Shown here one piece after another: positions 32,066-47,533 of a stretch of 64,000 bases of DNA (the stretch's first letter is position 1; the number at the start of each line of letters is the position of its first letter). The position numbers were made by a program, and so were the translations under genes. Source of the DNA: the human T2T-CHM13v2.0 reference genome, Homo sapiens; the NCBI RefSeq assembly GCF_009914755.1, contig NC_060928.1; one strand, given 5' to 3'. The notes under the pieces are model-generated. The model was not told the DNA's origin. It saw only the letters and a program-made list of their open reading frames with translations, and searched no databases.

Positions 32066-32410
32066 TGACACAACCAGGTGGGAGGGGTTCCCAGAGAAAC
32101 ACCAGAGAGCCTGTGCACTGGGAGGAGTGCACACTGGGGTGGAGCCACAGAAGTTCATATGATTTGCAGTGAGGAGGAGCCCGGCCCCTCCTCTTCTTGG
32201 ATGGAACCTGGAATTCAGTCTGTGAGGTGGCAAACCCACCGGCAGGAAAACACACTCTCTCACTTCACTAAGAGCCTCTGTTTTGCCTTTTCTTCCTTTT
32301 TACCTAACAAAACTCTGCATTATTCACCTTCAAAGTCCGTGTGCCTAATTTTTCATGGCCATGTGACAAGAACCTTGCTTTTAGTTGAACTAAGAAAAAG
32401 TCCCACAACA
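32066..32410 (+). mobile_element. ERV1 solo LTR, MER61-like
   Basis: tgacacaaccaggtgggaggggttcccagagaaac...ctggggtggagccacagaagttc...aaaagtcccacaaca. Confidence 0.75.
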
Positions 32411-33476
32411 TATAGATACACACACACGCACACACACACACAGGCAAAAATGCAAAAACATTCCTCATTTTATTTTGTTTTACAGATATGGTCTTTTTTA
32501 CAAATTGAAAGCTTATTGCTGCCCTGCATTGGGCAAGTTTACCAGTGCCATCTTTCCAACAGGATGTGCTAACTCTGTCACTGTGGCACATTTTGGTAAA
32601 TTTCACAAAGTTCCAAACATTTTTATTATTATTATATTTATTATGATGAGTTGTGATAACTGATTGTTGATTTTACTGTAGTATTGTGTTGCGGGCACCA
32701 GAAACTGTATTGGGATAATACGATAAACTTAACTGATAAGTGCTGGTGTCTTCTGACTGCTCTACCAACCAGCCTTTCCCCCATTTCTCTCTCTCTCCTT
32801 AGGCCTCTCTATTTCCCGAGGCACAGCAATGTTGAAATCAGGCAAATTAGTAATCCTACAAATGGCCTCTAAATGTTCAAGGGAAAGGAAGGCTCTGTCA
32901 TCTCAATATCAAAAGCTGGAAATGATTAAACTTATTAAGAAAGGCATGTTGAAAGCTGATACAGGCTCAGATCTGTACCTCTTATGCCAAATAGTTAGCC
33001 AAGTTGTGAATATAAAAAAAAAATTTGGGAAAGACATTAAAAGTGCTACACATGTACACATGAATGATATGAAAGTGCAACAGCCTTGTTGGCTGGATAA
33101 AAGATCAAACCAGTGACAATAGTCCCCAAATTTAGACAAAGCCTAAACCAGAACAAGGCCATAATTCTCTCCAATGCTGACAGGGGTGAAGAAGAAATCT
33201 TTGAATCTAGCAGTGGTTGGTTCACGAAGTTTAAGGGAATAAACCATCTCCATAACATAAAAGTGCAAAATAAAAGAAGCTACAGAAGATTATCCAGAAG
33301 ATGTAGCCAAAATAGTTACTGAAAGTGGCCACACTAAACAGGAGATTTTTCCTTGTGTACAGAGCATCTTTCTCTTGAAAGAAGATAACATTTAGCTTTT
33401 TTATATCTTCACAGGAGAAGTCAATGTCTAGCTTCAATGCTTCAAAGGACAGGATGACTCTTTCATTAGAGGCTAA

Positions 33477-33787
<311 letters not shown>

Positions 33788-34684
33788 TTGAAGTCACTGT
33801 TTATTTACCATTTGGAATATCCTAGGGCCTTAGATAAATTATTCTAAATCTACTCTCTCTGTGCTCTATTAATGGAATATCAAAGCTTGGTTGATAACAC
33901 ATTTCTTTACAGCATAAATTACTAAATATTTTAATCCCACTGTTGAGATCTATTGACCAGAAAGAAATATTCCTTTAGAAATATTAGCATTCATTGACAA
34001 TGTACCTGGTCACCCAAGAGCTCTTATGGAGATATACAGGGAGATCAATGTTGTTTTTATGCCTGGTAATACAACATTCATTCTGTAACACATATATCAA
34101 AAAGTAATTTCAACTTTTAAGTCAATTAAGGAATAAGTTTCGTAAGATTATTGCTGCCATTAACAGCAATTTCTCTGTTGGACGTTGTCAAAGTAAATTC
34201 AACACTTTCTGGAAAAGTTTCACCTTTCTAGATGATATTAAGAACATTTGAGTCATTAAATGAAGTAAACATATCAACATTAACAGGAATTTGGCAGAAT
34301 TTGATTTCAAATATCATAGATAATGTTGAGAGCTTCAAGAATTCAATGGAAGAAGTAACCACAGATATGGTAGAAATAGTAAGGGAACTATTACTGGAAT
34401 TAAAAGAAGAACCTGAAGTTGTGACTGAATTGCTATAATCTCATGATAAAACTTGAATAGATGAGTTCTTTCTTATGGATCAGCAAAAAAATTTGGTATA
34501 GTGAGATAGAACCTACTCCTGGTGAAGATGCTGTGAACATTGTTGAAATGACAACAAAGTATTTAGAATATTACTTAAGGTTATTTGATAAAGCAGCAGT
34601 AGGGTTTAAGTGGATTGATTCCAACTTTAAAAGAAGTTCTATCATGAGTAAAATGCTACCAAATTGCATTGCATGCTGCAGATA

Positions 34685-35430
34685 AATCCAAGTCAAAATC
34701 ACAATGAGATGCTAACTCAAGCCAGTCAGAATGGCTATTTTTAATAAGTCAAAAACAACAGATGCTGGTGAGATTGTGGAGAAAAAGGAACACTTTTACA
34801 CTGTTGGTGAGAGTTTAAATTTGTTCAACCATTGTGAAAGACAGTGTGGTGATTCCTGAAAGACCTAGAGGCAGAAATATAATTTTTCCCAGCAATCCCA
34901 TTACTAGGTGTATACCCAAAGTAACATAAATTGTTCTATTATAAAGACACATGCATGCATATGTTCGTTGTGGCAATATTCACAATAGCAAAGACATGGA
35001 CTCAACCTAAATGCCCATCAATGACAGACTGGACAAAGAAAATGTGGTACATATTCTCCTTGGAATACTATGCATCCCTAAAAAAGAATGAGATCATATC
35101 CTTTGCAGGGACATGGTTGGAGTTGGAGGCTGTTATTCATAGCAAAATAATGCAGAAACAGATAACCAAATACCACATGTCCTAACTTATATGTGATAGC
35201 TAAATAATGAGAAGATATGGATACATGGGGGGTAAAAACACACAGTGGGGACTTTTGGAGGTCAGGGGATGCGAGGAGGGAGAGGATCAGAAAGAATAGC
35301 TAATGGATTCTAGGCTTAATACCTGGGTAATGGGATGATCTGTGCAGCAAACCACGATGGCACACGTTTACCTTGTAACAAACCTGGACATCCTGCACAT
35401 GTACCTTGAACTTTAAATAAAAGTTGGAAA
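34685..35430 (+). mobile_element. L1PA (older, L1PA13-16-like) 3' fragment inside Tigger1
   Basis: ORF2 C-terminus and 3' UTR ending gtaccttgaactttaaataaaagttgg. Confidence 0.88.
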
Positions 35431-35829
35431 TTTTTAAAGAAGGAAGGTCAATGGGTGCAGCAAACATTATTTTTGTCTTTTTAAAAGACATTGCCACAGC
35501 TCCCCAAACTTTCAGCAGCCACCACCCTGATTAGTTAGCAGCTGTCATCATCAATGCAAGACCCTCCACCTACAAAATGATTACAACTCACTGCAGGCTC
35601 AGATGATTGTTAGGATTTTTAAAGCAATGAAGTATTTTCATTACAGTGTGTACATTATTTGTAACATATTTATATTGCAGACTTAAGAGACTACAGTATA
35701 GTGTACACATAACATCTATATGCCATGGAAAACCAGAAAATTTTGTTTGACTTACTTTACTTCAGTGTTCTGGGACCAAATCTGCAATATCTTGGAAGTA
35801 TGTCTTGTATAAGTGAAAATAAAATGAGA

Positions 35830-38800
35830 TCTACTCTTTTAAAAGTATTTTAAGTGTATGATACATTATTGTTAACTATGGCCACAATGTTGTGCAGCAG
35901 TGCTCTGAAACCTGCTCATCTTATTTTTACTGGAACTTTATACTCATTGAAAAGCAACTCTCAATTTCCTCCATTCTCCAGCCACTGGTAACCTCCATTC
36001 TACTCTCCGTTTCTTTGAGTTTGACTGTTTCAAATTTCTTACACAAGTAGAATCATAGAGTATGTGTCCCATTGAGACTGGCTTATTTCACTTAAAATTA
36101 TTTCCTGAAGGTTCATCTATGTTGTTACATATTGCAGGATGGGTGGATCATATGGAAGTTCTATTTTTAATTTTTTGAGCAACCTCTACACTGTTTTCAT
36201 TTTGGCTGTAAAAATTTATATTCACACTGACAGTGTATGAAAGTTTCAATTTCTCCATTTCCTAGCCAACAACTTTTATTGTGTGTGTATATATGTATGT
36301 GTGTGTTTGTGTCTGTATGTTGATAAAGACATGGTAAGAGGTATGAGGTGATATCTCATTGCAGTTTTGATTTTCCTGATGATGAATTTACATTAATTAG
36401 TTTTCATACAGCTGTTGTCCATATGTACAACTTCCTCAGAGAAATGTCTTTTTCAAGTATTTGCCTATTTATTAATCATGGCTTTTTTTCTCTTTTTGCT
36501 ATTGAGTTGTTGCAGTTCCTAATATATTTTAGGTGTTAACCTCTCATGAGATATATGATTTGAAACTGTTTCCCATTCCCATTTTATCTTTTCACTCTGT
36601 TGACTTCTTTGCCCTGCAGAAACTTTTTAGTTTGATACAATTCTACTTTCATATATTTGACCTTGTTACCTGTACTTCTGAGGTCATACCCAATAGACCA
36701 TTGCCCAGCCCAATGTCATAAAACTTTTTCCGTGTTTTATTGTGAGAGTTTTATAGTTTCAGGGCTTATGTTTAAGTCTTTCATTTGTTTTGTGTTGATT
36801 TTTGTATATGACATAAACTAAGGGTCCAATTTTATTCTTTTGCATGTGGACATCTGGTGTTCTCATGCAGTACCGTTTCTTGAAGAGAGTGACATTTATT
36901 GAGTATATTTGAGACTCATTGAATATAAGTGCATTGTATATTTGTGACTTTATCATCTGGGCTCTCTATTCTGTTACTTAAATCTCTCTCTATTTATGTC
37001 TTTATGTGAATATCATGTTATTTTAATAACTGTAGCTTTTAATATATTTTGAAATAAGGAGATGTGATGCCCTATAACTGTGTTTTACTTTTCCCACATT
37101 GTTTTGGCTAGTTACTTCTTCCTGGATCATTATACATTTTAAGATTTTTTTGTCTTTGTATAAGTCATTGGTGTTTCGATAGAGATTACATTTAATATGT
37201 TAATCACTTTAGGTTGTATAGATGTTTCTGTAACATTAAATCTTCCGGTCAATATACTATGTCTTTCTAAATTAGTATAATCTTTAATTTCATTCATCAG
37301 TGTTTTGTAGTTTTTAGTATACATGTCTTTCTTCCACTTGTTACAGTTTATTCTTATGTATTTTGTCCTTTTTGAGGCCATTGCAAATTGGAGTGTTTTG
37401 TTAATTTCCTTTTCTGATAGTTCTTTGTTAATACACAGAAAGGTAAGTGATTTTTGTATGCTGATTTTATATGCTGCAAATTTACTGAATTTATGCACTT
37501 GTTCTAATAATATTTGGTGGCATCTTTAGGGTTTTCCACATATAATATCATGTCCTCTGCAAACAGAGGTTATTTTACTGTTGATTCAGAAGCCTGTTGC
37601 TTTTTTTCTTTTTCTTGCCTAATTGTTCCGGCTAGGATTTCCAGTATGGTGTATAATAGAAGCAGCAAGAGTGAACATCCTTTCCTTATTGTGAAAACAG
37701 ATGAAAAGTTTTCAGTTTTTTTTTAATCATTGAGTATGATGTTAGCTATGAGCTTTTCATATATTGCCTTTATCAGGTTAAGATAATTTCCTTCTATTTC
37801 TTGTTGCAGGAAGTCAGGGACCCTGAATGGAGGGACTGGCTGGAGCTGAGGCAGAACATCATAAATTGTGAAGATTTCATGGACATTTATCTGTTCCAAA
37901 AATTAATACTTTTATAATTTCTTATGCCTGTCTTTACTGCAATCTCTGAACATAAATTGTGAAGATTTCATGGACATTTATCACTTCCCTAATAATACTA
38001 TTATAATTTCTTACGCTTGTCTTTACTTTAATCTCTTAATCCTGTTGTCTTCATAAGTTGAGAATGTATGTCACCTCAGGACCACTATTGTACAAATTGG
38101 TTGTAGAACATGTGTGTTTGAACAATATGACATCTGTTTGTAAAACATATATGTTTGAACAATATGAAATCAGTGTACCCTGAAAAACAACAGAATAACA
38201 GCAATTTTCAGGGAACAAGGGAAGATAACCATAAGGTCTGACTGCCTGAGGGGTTGGGCAGAATAAGCCATATGTTTCTTCTTGCAGAAAGCCTATAAAT
38301 GGATGTGCAAGGAGGAGAAATACCGCTGAATTCTTTTCCCAGCAAGGAGTAACCCTGGGGAAGGAATGCATTCCTGGGGAGAGGTCTATGAATGGCCACT
38401 CTGGGAGTGTCTGTCTTATGCGGTTGAGAAAAGGACTGAAATATGCCCTGGTCTCCTGCAGTACCCTCAGGCTTACTAGGATTGGGAAATTCCAGCCTGG
38501 TAAATTCTAGCTAGACTAGTTCTCTGCTCTCAAACCCTGTTTCCTGTTAAGATGTTTATAAAAACAATATGGGAACAGCAGGACATAGAGCCTCATCAGT
38601 AATTCTAATTCTGCCTTTGCCTTGTGATCTATATGGCCCTTTGAAGCATGTGATCCTTGTGACCTACTCCCTGTTTATACACCCCCTCCTCTTTTAAAAT
38701 CCCTAATAAAAACTTGCTGGTTTTGCAGCTCAGGGTCGTCTGCACAGTCCTACCAATATGCGATGTCAACCCTGGAGGCCCAGCTGTAAAATTTCTCTCT

Positions 38801-39075
38801 TTTTACTCTTACTCTTTATTTCTCAGACCAGTCACCAATTAGGGAAAATAGAAAAGACCTACATTGAAATATTGGGGGCTTGTTCCCCCGATATCATTTC
38901 TATTTCTAGTTTGTTTAGAGCTCTCTTTTAAAAACTCATAAACAATTGATTTTTTTCAAATGCTTTGTTTTGCATTTACTGATATATCAAGTGATTTTTA
39001 TGCATCATTGGGTTAAGGTGATATGTCACATTTGCTCATTTTTGTGTGTTCTATTATCCTTAAATCTAGGGATAA
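35830..39075 (-). mobile_element. Old L1MA/MB fragment interrupted by MER11
   Basis: Antisense ORF2 peptide HKFSKFAAYKISIQKSLTFL...; resumes after 38893. Confidence 0.8.
37802..38893 (+). mobile_element. MER11 (HERV-K11/HML-8) solo LTR
   Basis: tgttgcaggaagtcagggaccctgaatggagggac...ttcccccgata; internal repeat cataaattgtgaagatttcatggacatttatc twice; AATAAA at 38705. Confidence 0.93.
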
Positions 39076-39630
39076 ATTTGTCATTTCTTTTAGGAAAGAA
39101 GCAATGCTGAGTCTTGAACATAGTAAAAGCCAAGCAACACTACTGGTCTTGTAATATCAAAAGGAAGAGTGAGACTTTCTTCACAATTTAATTATTGAGT
39201 AGTTTCTTTGCAACAGTAAAAACAACAAAATTCTGCTGAAAATGAAACCAAAGAATTCTGAGTATTTGCAAAATGGTATTAATATTGTGAACGGATGTCT
39301 TAATATTGGGTCAATGTATAAAGTGTGAAACACAGCTCAGTAATTTTTGTGCATGTGCCACTTGTGAATAGAATAATGTATTTCACATAAACCCATATGG
39401 TTTTACATTATTTTTTATTTTTCCTTGTTTTTAAGTATTTGACTAAGAATATTTCTAACTTTTAAATAGGTACTAAATCTCTGGAAAATAAATTTTGACC
39501 TAACAGTGTAAGTTATAAAAATATGTTTTGTCACAGGAGGAAGGAAATCCTCTGTATCAACCTCTTCATGCTGGAATTAACTGAAGGAATTCTATCTTTT
39601 GGTCATTCCAGCTTCAAGCCTTTTATGTAA

Positions 39631-39910
39631 CTAATCCCTTTTCTCCTTCTTTCCTGTTTTAGCAAACTTTCAGAAAGAAAACAGGCAACATCTTGTGATG
39701 ATGAAGATCACAGTTGACACATAGGCCAGCAGGAACCTAATCACATGCAAGTTGTGGTATTGGAACCAGGTGAGGTCGTGGGCTGCAACCCGAAGGTGCT
39801 TGGCTCCTTTGTGCTGCATGACAAACTCAATCCAGAAGGCTGCTTGATCCAGGGGCTTAATTGGCAAATCATGGCGAATTATTGATAACTTCATAGCATT
39901 CTCTTTGTAG
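39631..39910 (-). pseudogene. UGT2B pseudogene fragment B, exon 6 (280 bp coding)
   Basis: ccttcag|C TAC; [52 protein letters not shown]...CCLFSF*KFAKTGKKEKRD*; premature TGA 39670-39672; ancestral TAG 39631-39633; AATAAA 39414-39419. Confidence 0.95.
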
Positions 39911-40226
39911 CTGAAGGATAAACATAAAAATACCAACATTGAAAGTAAATTTATTTCCTAAGTCTATGGATGGTCTTTGAAAAGTGTCACATCAATGCTT
40001 CAAAGTAAATATTATAGAATTGTCATAGGAATCGAATGTTTTGGTTTGGACAAATGTAGAAAGTTTATTTTTTAAAATGGAATTTTATAAAGAAAAATAT
40101 GTCTTAAATTAAAAATGGAAGGTCTGATGAGAAAGTTAATGTCTTTGTAGCAGAGGAAATATTTTGAGCCATTCTATGTGCTACAGGTAAGACAGTGGAA
40201 ATGCAATCTGAGATTGATCATCTTGA

Positions 40227-40586
<360 letters not shown>

Positions 40587-40589
40587 TAG

Positions 40590-41070
40590 TCTTTCTCTTT
40601 CTACCCTACTATTCTGTGTTCTACCATATTTTCCTCTCAGTAGTCAGAATAATTTTTTGAAATAAAAGCCAGATTATGGCATTCCTCTGATAAGATTTTC
40701 ACCTGGCTTCTCACTATATTAAGAATAAAATCTAAATCTGTCTTTGTTCTACAGAACCCTACATGGTCAGGCATGGGCAACTTCTTCTAACACTTTCCCC
40801 AACCACCTTCTCTCCTAGAGGCATTGCCCTTCTATTGTTCTTTGAGCTCCCCAATGTGTTCTCACCTGAGCCCCTTTACACCCTTTATCCCCTCTCTCCC
40901 TCTCTTGGAATATTCCTCCTTGCAACAACTTGAGGCTTGCTTCTATATCTTTTTGAGGCTTCCCCTTAAATAATACCTGTTAAAGAGGCTTTTCGTGGCC
41001 ACACTATGGTAGTACCTGTAGGATTTCCTCTATTGTTTTGTGCTTATTTTGCTGTTTAACTCCTGGAACT
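40590..41070 (+). mobile_element. L2-like fragment
   Basis: ataaaagccagattatggcattcctctg...agaataaaatctaaa...cttggaatattcctcct. Confidence 0.55.
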
Positions 41071-41883
41071 TAAAAATATGTTACATGTCTTCTCAAATAA
41101 AACTTTAAGTATAAAATACATAAATGTACACAAATTCAGTGAATAGCTCAAAATTTTAACATTACCTTGAACAATATCCTGATGTGAACACCAACTTACC
41201 TACTACGCAGATTATAATATAAGACATCACAACCTGCCTAGAAAAACTCTGTCTTCTTGGGCCATTTTAGTCACTACTTTTGTCCTCAAGTTAAAACTAC
41301 CTTGACTTCTAATAGATTAATATTGCTTGTTTACATAATGAATTATATAATATATACTCATTTGTGTCTTTTTTTGGGTAGAAGTTATTGGCTAATTCCA
41401 TTGCTGTAATATGATTCAGTCAATTGACAAATACCACAGATTATCTCCTATTTTTATGACTGATGGATATTTGGGTTGTTAAGATTTTTGAACACTATTA
41501 CTAATTCTGGGGTAAGCAAATGTGTGTATATCATTAGATATACATATTAATACATTTTTGATGGGTATATACTTGAGAGATGAGTTGCTGAGAAAAAGAT
41601 GCATGTAGAATTATGATGTTTTGTTGACTAGCTTTTTAAATACACAAATTTAATTTCCAAAATTTAGAGTTGTTTTTTAAGTTATAATTTTTTGGATAAT
41701 TTCGAATTTATTTCTAGTATGGCTAGAGCATTTCCTTTTTATGCTTTTGAATCTTATCACATTTGCTAAGTCCTGATTTTTGGCCCAGCAGAAGTTCAAT
41801 TCACTAACTATTCCATATACTCTTAATAAACGTATATTCTCAATATACATTCACACTCACCTCCACACCTCCACACATAAAAA

Positions 41884-41975
41884 TGTGTGTGTATATATAT
41901 ATATATACACACATATACACAAACTTACTATATATATACACAATACATATATATGTATACACACACATATATACA
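41884..41975. repeat. Compound (TG)/(TA)/(CA) microsatellite
   Basis: Read directly. Confidence 0.85.
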
Positions 41976-42314
41976 ATAGGTTATATTTATGCTCTTCAAA
42001 TGTTTATTTTTAAGTCACTTTTTTTTCTCTGTTTAAATTTAGTATGAGTTCTAGTAGATTCACTTTTAAATCTACTATCTTATTCTGTATTTTATTTTCT
42101 GTTTTCCAATCTGCTGTATGTTTCTTTTCTAATTCTTTCCTGTTTGCTTTTAAACTATTTTTAATCATTCACTGTCTTATTATCTTCCTGGTAAGGTATT
42201 TTCAGTATATTTTCTAAGGTGGTACCTCCTTATATATATTGATAATAGTAATCAATAGTCACAGCATTTTCTACATTATTTCTTTTGGAGCACAGAAAAA
42301 TTATTACAGATTTA

Positions 42315-43290
42315 TTTTCTCAATATTAAAACTTTGTGCTTCAAGGGACATCTTCAATAAAGTAAAAAAAAAGAATCAACCTATAAAGAGTGGGAGAAAA
42401 TATTTAAAAATCATAGACTGACAAGGCATTCCACCAATAATATAAAAATAATTCTTATGAATCAATAATAAGATAAAAATGTTAGAAATGTTCAAAAGAT
42501 AGGAATAAAATTTTCTCAAAAGAAGACGAATGACTTGCCAGTAAGTGCATGAAAAGATGGTTATGTCTTTAGCCACAAGGAAAATGCAAATTAAATCCAC
42601 AATGAAAGATCATTTTATATCCACTGGGATCCCTGTAACAAAAAGATAGGAGATAACAAGTGTAGGGAAGAGCATGAAGAAATTGGAACCCTCCTGTACA
42701 GCTAGAAGTAACGAAAAACGGTGCAAGTACTTTGAAAAACAGTTTAGCAGTTCTTCATAAACATCAACTTTCCATATGGCTCAGAAATTCCACTCCTAGT
42801 ATCTTCTCAAAATTAGTGAAAACAACTTTTTTCACAAAAAATATGTATAGCAGCGTTTATAAGAGCTAAAATTGGAAATAACTGAAATGTCTGAGAGCTG
42901 ATAAATGGGTAAATTCAAAATGGTACATTCATCAAAGAATATTAGCAATAAAAAGAAAAAATGTTCTGACACTTTCAACAATATGGGTGAAACTAATAAA
43001 AGACATTGTACTAAGTCAAAGAAATCATTTATAGAACACTGTAAATTGTATGATTTAATTTACATGAAATATCCAGAGAGAATAATCTATTGAGAAAGTA
43101 AGTTGATATTTCCCTAGGACTGGAGGTTTATCAACAGTGATTTTATGCATTTTGAGGTTTATTTTAGGGTGATAAAAATGTTCAAAAATTATATTATGGT
43201 GATGGCTTTGTAACTATGTAAATGTACTAACTACTTTTAGATCTCACTTTTAAATAGGTAAATATTATGCTATGCAAATTGTATCTTAAA
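42315..43290 (+). mobile_element. Old L1MB/ME 3' fragment
   Basis: ggaaaatgcaaattaaatccacaatga...gggtgataaaaatgttc...gtaaatattatgctatgcaaattgtatct. Confidence 0.75.
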
Positions 43291-43683
43291 ATAATGATAA
43301 TACTAAAAATACATTATTGAGCATGAATACAGTTATACTTTCAGAAATTTTATGTATTGAATTGAAATACTTTATTTTATTTCTCCAAGTTCATTATTTC
43401 ATTGTATTATAATCCATCATTCAAAAAACTTATATTTTAAACAATTATCTATATATGTTTAAAAATATTTGTGTGTAGAAGGTTGTTACAGTAATTGGTG
43501 ACCCATTAAATATATGGGATCAAATGTAACTAAAATAATTGGTGAAAAATAAAAGCAGGTTTCAAGTTGGTTAAATTATTTAAATTCTTTCAAAATTGGT
43601 CTCCTAAAAGGGGTAAGACATGTATTCAGTGTTGTCAAAAGAATCTGTAAATACCACATAGTAAAAAAAATTGTCATACTCAC

Positions 43684-43891
43684 ACAGGGTCATTAATGAC
43701 TGTCTTCAGTGCATTGAGCAAATCTGTACTTGACATGGTCCTGATGTCCACATTGAGGGCCTTCATGTGAGCAATGTTATCAGGTTGATCTGCAAACAAA
43801 GGAATGCCCACCATAGGGATCCCATGGTAGATTGCCTCATAGATGCCACTGGTTTCACCATGAGTCATAAAAGATTTAGTTTTTGGATGAC
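43684..43891 (-). pseudogene. UGT2B pseudogene fragment B, exon 5 (208 bp)
   Basis: cctag|GT CAT; [44 protein letters not shown][----][24 protein letters not shown]; donor GTGAGT; 12-bp in-frame deletion. Confidence 0.95.
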
Positions 43892-44348
43892 CTAGGATTG
43901 GATAAATTTTAGCAAAATTATTCATAAGACTAAAATGAGAAATGCACAATAGAATGCTCTGAAAGGGGCAGTGTCTACTAAATAACAGATTATTATACAC
44001 ATCAAACTCCATTAGAATTGCTTTCGGATTTCAGAGAAAGAAGCACCTAATTCTTCTGGAGGTAAGTGAAGGCTACATGAAGAGGTGGGGGCGTGTGTGA
44101 CTTCAGACTCAAAAAATGAATTGATATTGCCAGGTGGACAAAATGAAAAAGCACATTCTGAATGAAAAAAATGTGCAAAAAAAAAGAGAAAAGAAAATCA
44201 ATAATATTGTGTATGTTAGAGCATTTTCCCTTAAATACATACTGCGGTCTGAGTGGGATATGTGGTGTATGCAAGGCAACAGGGAGTGTGGTGGTGGTAT
44301 TGGAATAGAAGAAAGGCAGGCCACATTACATCAGGAAACGTGTTATCA

Positions 44349-44730
<382 letters not shown>

Positions 44731-45075
44731 TTAGTGTCTTTTGAAATTAACCCTGAAGTAGGGAAAAGGACAGGTGTAAAGCTGTACAAATAGGAGACAG
44801 AGAGACAATCCAGGAAGTTATTGGGAAACCCCGTGAGAGGTAATTATATCTGAAATAAAGATAATTTGATTCTGAACATAAAGAATGTGAGTGTCTATAA
44901 TAAAATACCAACTATATAGTTATTTTCCTGGTAAGACTGGAAAATAAATATAAAGTAGTTAGCCTTTATATTTGAGTTTTTTGATAATAAATGTTCCGTA
45001 AGTTTCTTTCAGGTTGAACTATCCTTCTAATTAGCTGTTAGTCATATATTCAGTATTTGTTCTGCAGAGTATTAC

Positions 45076-45156
45076 CAAGAAGGTCATTCTGGGATATCCA
45101 CTTGTACAGCTGAGTATTGGATGCTAAAGTATTTGGTCTCTTTCCATCCACAGAAC
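45076..45156 (-). pseudogene. UGT2B pseudogene fragment B, exon 4 (81 bp vs 88, frameshifted)
   Basis: aacag|GTTCTGTG^GATGGAAAG...CAGAATGACCTTCTTG|gtaata; 7-bp deletion. Confidence 0.93.
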
Positions 45157-45693
45157 CTGTTGGGGTAAAGAAAATATCTTGTTCCATGAGTAGAATGCCA
45201 AAGCTATAAGATGTTAGAACTCTAAAGAAATTGTCAATCAGCTAGTTAAACCCCTTCCATATAATAGATGAAAAAACGAGAACAAGCAATTTTAGGAAAT
45301 GAGTACTACTAAAAGACTATTGAATATCCACATTTCATGTCTTTTATTATCAATTTGGTATATTAGAAAATCATGATGTTTTCAACAGAGAAGCTTAGAC
45401 ACTTGAGAGTATCAATAAAAAATTCAAAAATTTAAGAAATTATTAGACAGTCATTATAATTCTACTGTAAAATACAGTAACAAATTAGTGACAACCTATA
45501 CATTTATTTTATGTATTTTATACTACCTGTAATCTTCCAAATTTAATGTTAGTTTATTTCTTGAGTGAAATGAGAAGTGTTACTTATATATATTTTTCTG
45601 TAAGTTATTTTGTTAGTGTTTGACATCTTTGATTTATAAAAAACAAAATCTATAAAATCAGCTACCTGTGAGAAATAAATCAGTGCTACATAG

Positions 45694-46064
<371 letters not shown>

Positions 46065-47401
46065 CAAGTGGCAATTTCTGAGTCAAATTCAAAGTACTAT
46101 CATTTTGCTAGTTTTGGAAATTCTTCCAATGTAGGCGAAAAGAGCCAATTGGCAATTTATGAATAAGAATATACACACTAAAAATTGTAAAATTATATTT
46201 TGCTAAATTTTGCTTAACTGATCATTAACACTTAGATGCTGCTATAAAGCATCGACAGCATAGATTAATATGGGCTGCTTTAGCCAAGCCATACCCATAG
46301 ACAGTACCAAAATAAGATACTGATTTTAGATTCCCCAAGCAATCCTTATAAACTGGAGTGTAATTTACAAGTGTTTTCCTTGTATTTGCTATGTGAGTGT
46401 TAAAGTAACTTTGTGTTTCCAGAAAAAAATTAGCATAGGTCATTAGGAGAAGGCTATGTCAGAGAGGAAACTAAAAAGTAACTCACAAATACACAAAGAC
46501 TTCAAGTGTATTCTGCATACTACAAAATAAGTTCCTACTATATTTCATGGAGTGAGGGCATCTGAACCTCTTTCCATGCCTGGCTTCCTTCTGCTTGACT
46601 CCTTCTTATATTCCCTTCTCCTTCCTCCGTTGGGAGGAGGTGTTTTTCTGATGGTTAGAGCAGAGGCTTTATGGGACCACATTTTATAATGCACGGAGTC
46701 TACCCTAAAAGCAGGATTCTGTTCCCTCCTTTTCTATCATATTTTCCTGTTTAAGACATTAGCAAGGCCCAGTAAACAGGGCAGGCAAGTTCTTCTGCTT
46801 CTCTAAATCTACTTGGCTAGGTGGATACCTCCAGAATAGCGGTTTGTCAGCCTGGACATCTTTTCTCTGAATGCATTCTGAATTGCCTACTAAATAGGTC
46901 TATTCCAAAATGTACAGGAAGTACAGGAGACCAGATTACCTAGCAAGCCTAAATTGAATGATGCATTTCAGACTTTTTTCAATACCTTATTGTTATTGTA
47001 ATAGTGCAGTAACTGATTAAAATGTAAGTGATTTTAAATAATATCTATAGTGTATACCATGTTCTCAGGAAACTTGTAAGCAAAAGGGACAAATGACAGG
47101 GCAGAATTTGGTGATTTCTATGTACATGCCTACAATACTATGATAATACCACAACTTCACCTGCACCTCTTAAATATATTTTTTCTGATCACAATATTAA
47201 TGTCAGAATTTTTATCAATCAAACACACCCTCGTTATTTTAGTATCTTCCATATATATTTTTGTTTTTGAACCAATATCTGAGATAATTAGAGCTATCAT
47301 ATCAGTTAGTTTTTCTGGCAGAAAATTTCTGTGATTGGACTCTTTACAGAGTTTAACAGACTCATTCAGTAGCTGTCCACCATTAAGACATTTTATCTAA
47401 C

Positions 47402-47533
47402 CTTTCGTGGAATCTGGGCAAGAGCTGATGCAATCACGTTGGCCCTTTCTTCTGTGATGTTACTGACCATAGACTTAAGCAAGACTGCCACGACACCATT
47501 TTCTCCAGAGCTCTGCACAAACTCTTCCATTTT
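47402..47533 (-). pseudogene. UGT2B pseudogene fragment B, exon 3 (132 bp, frame open)
   Basis: ttcacag|[44 protein letters not shown]|gttaga. Confidence 0.95.

Noticed and set aside
37859-38035. Direct repeat of about 90 bp as a novel array
   Set aside because: Normal internal duplication of MER11 LTRs; not CRISPR-like.
46390-47000. Possible old LTR in fragment B intron 3
   Set aside because: Composition is suggestive but I cannot define ends or family.
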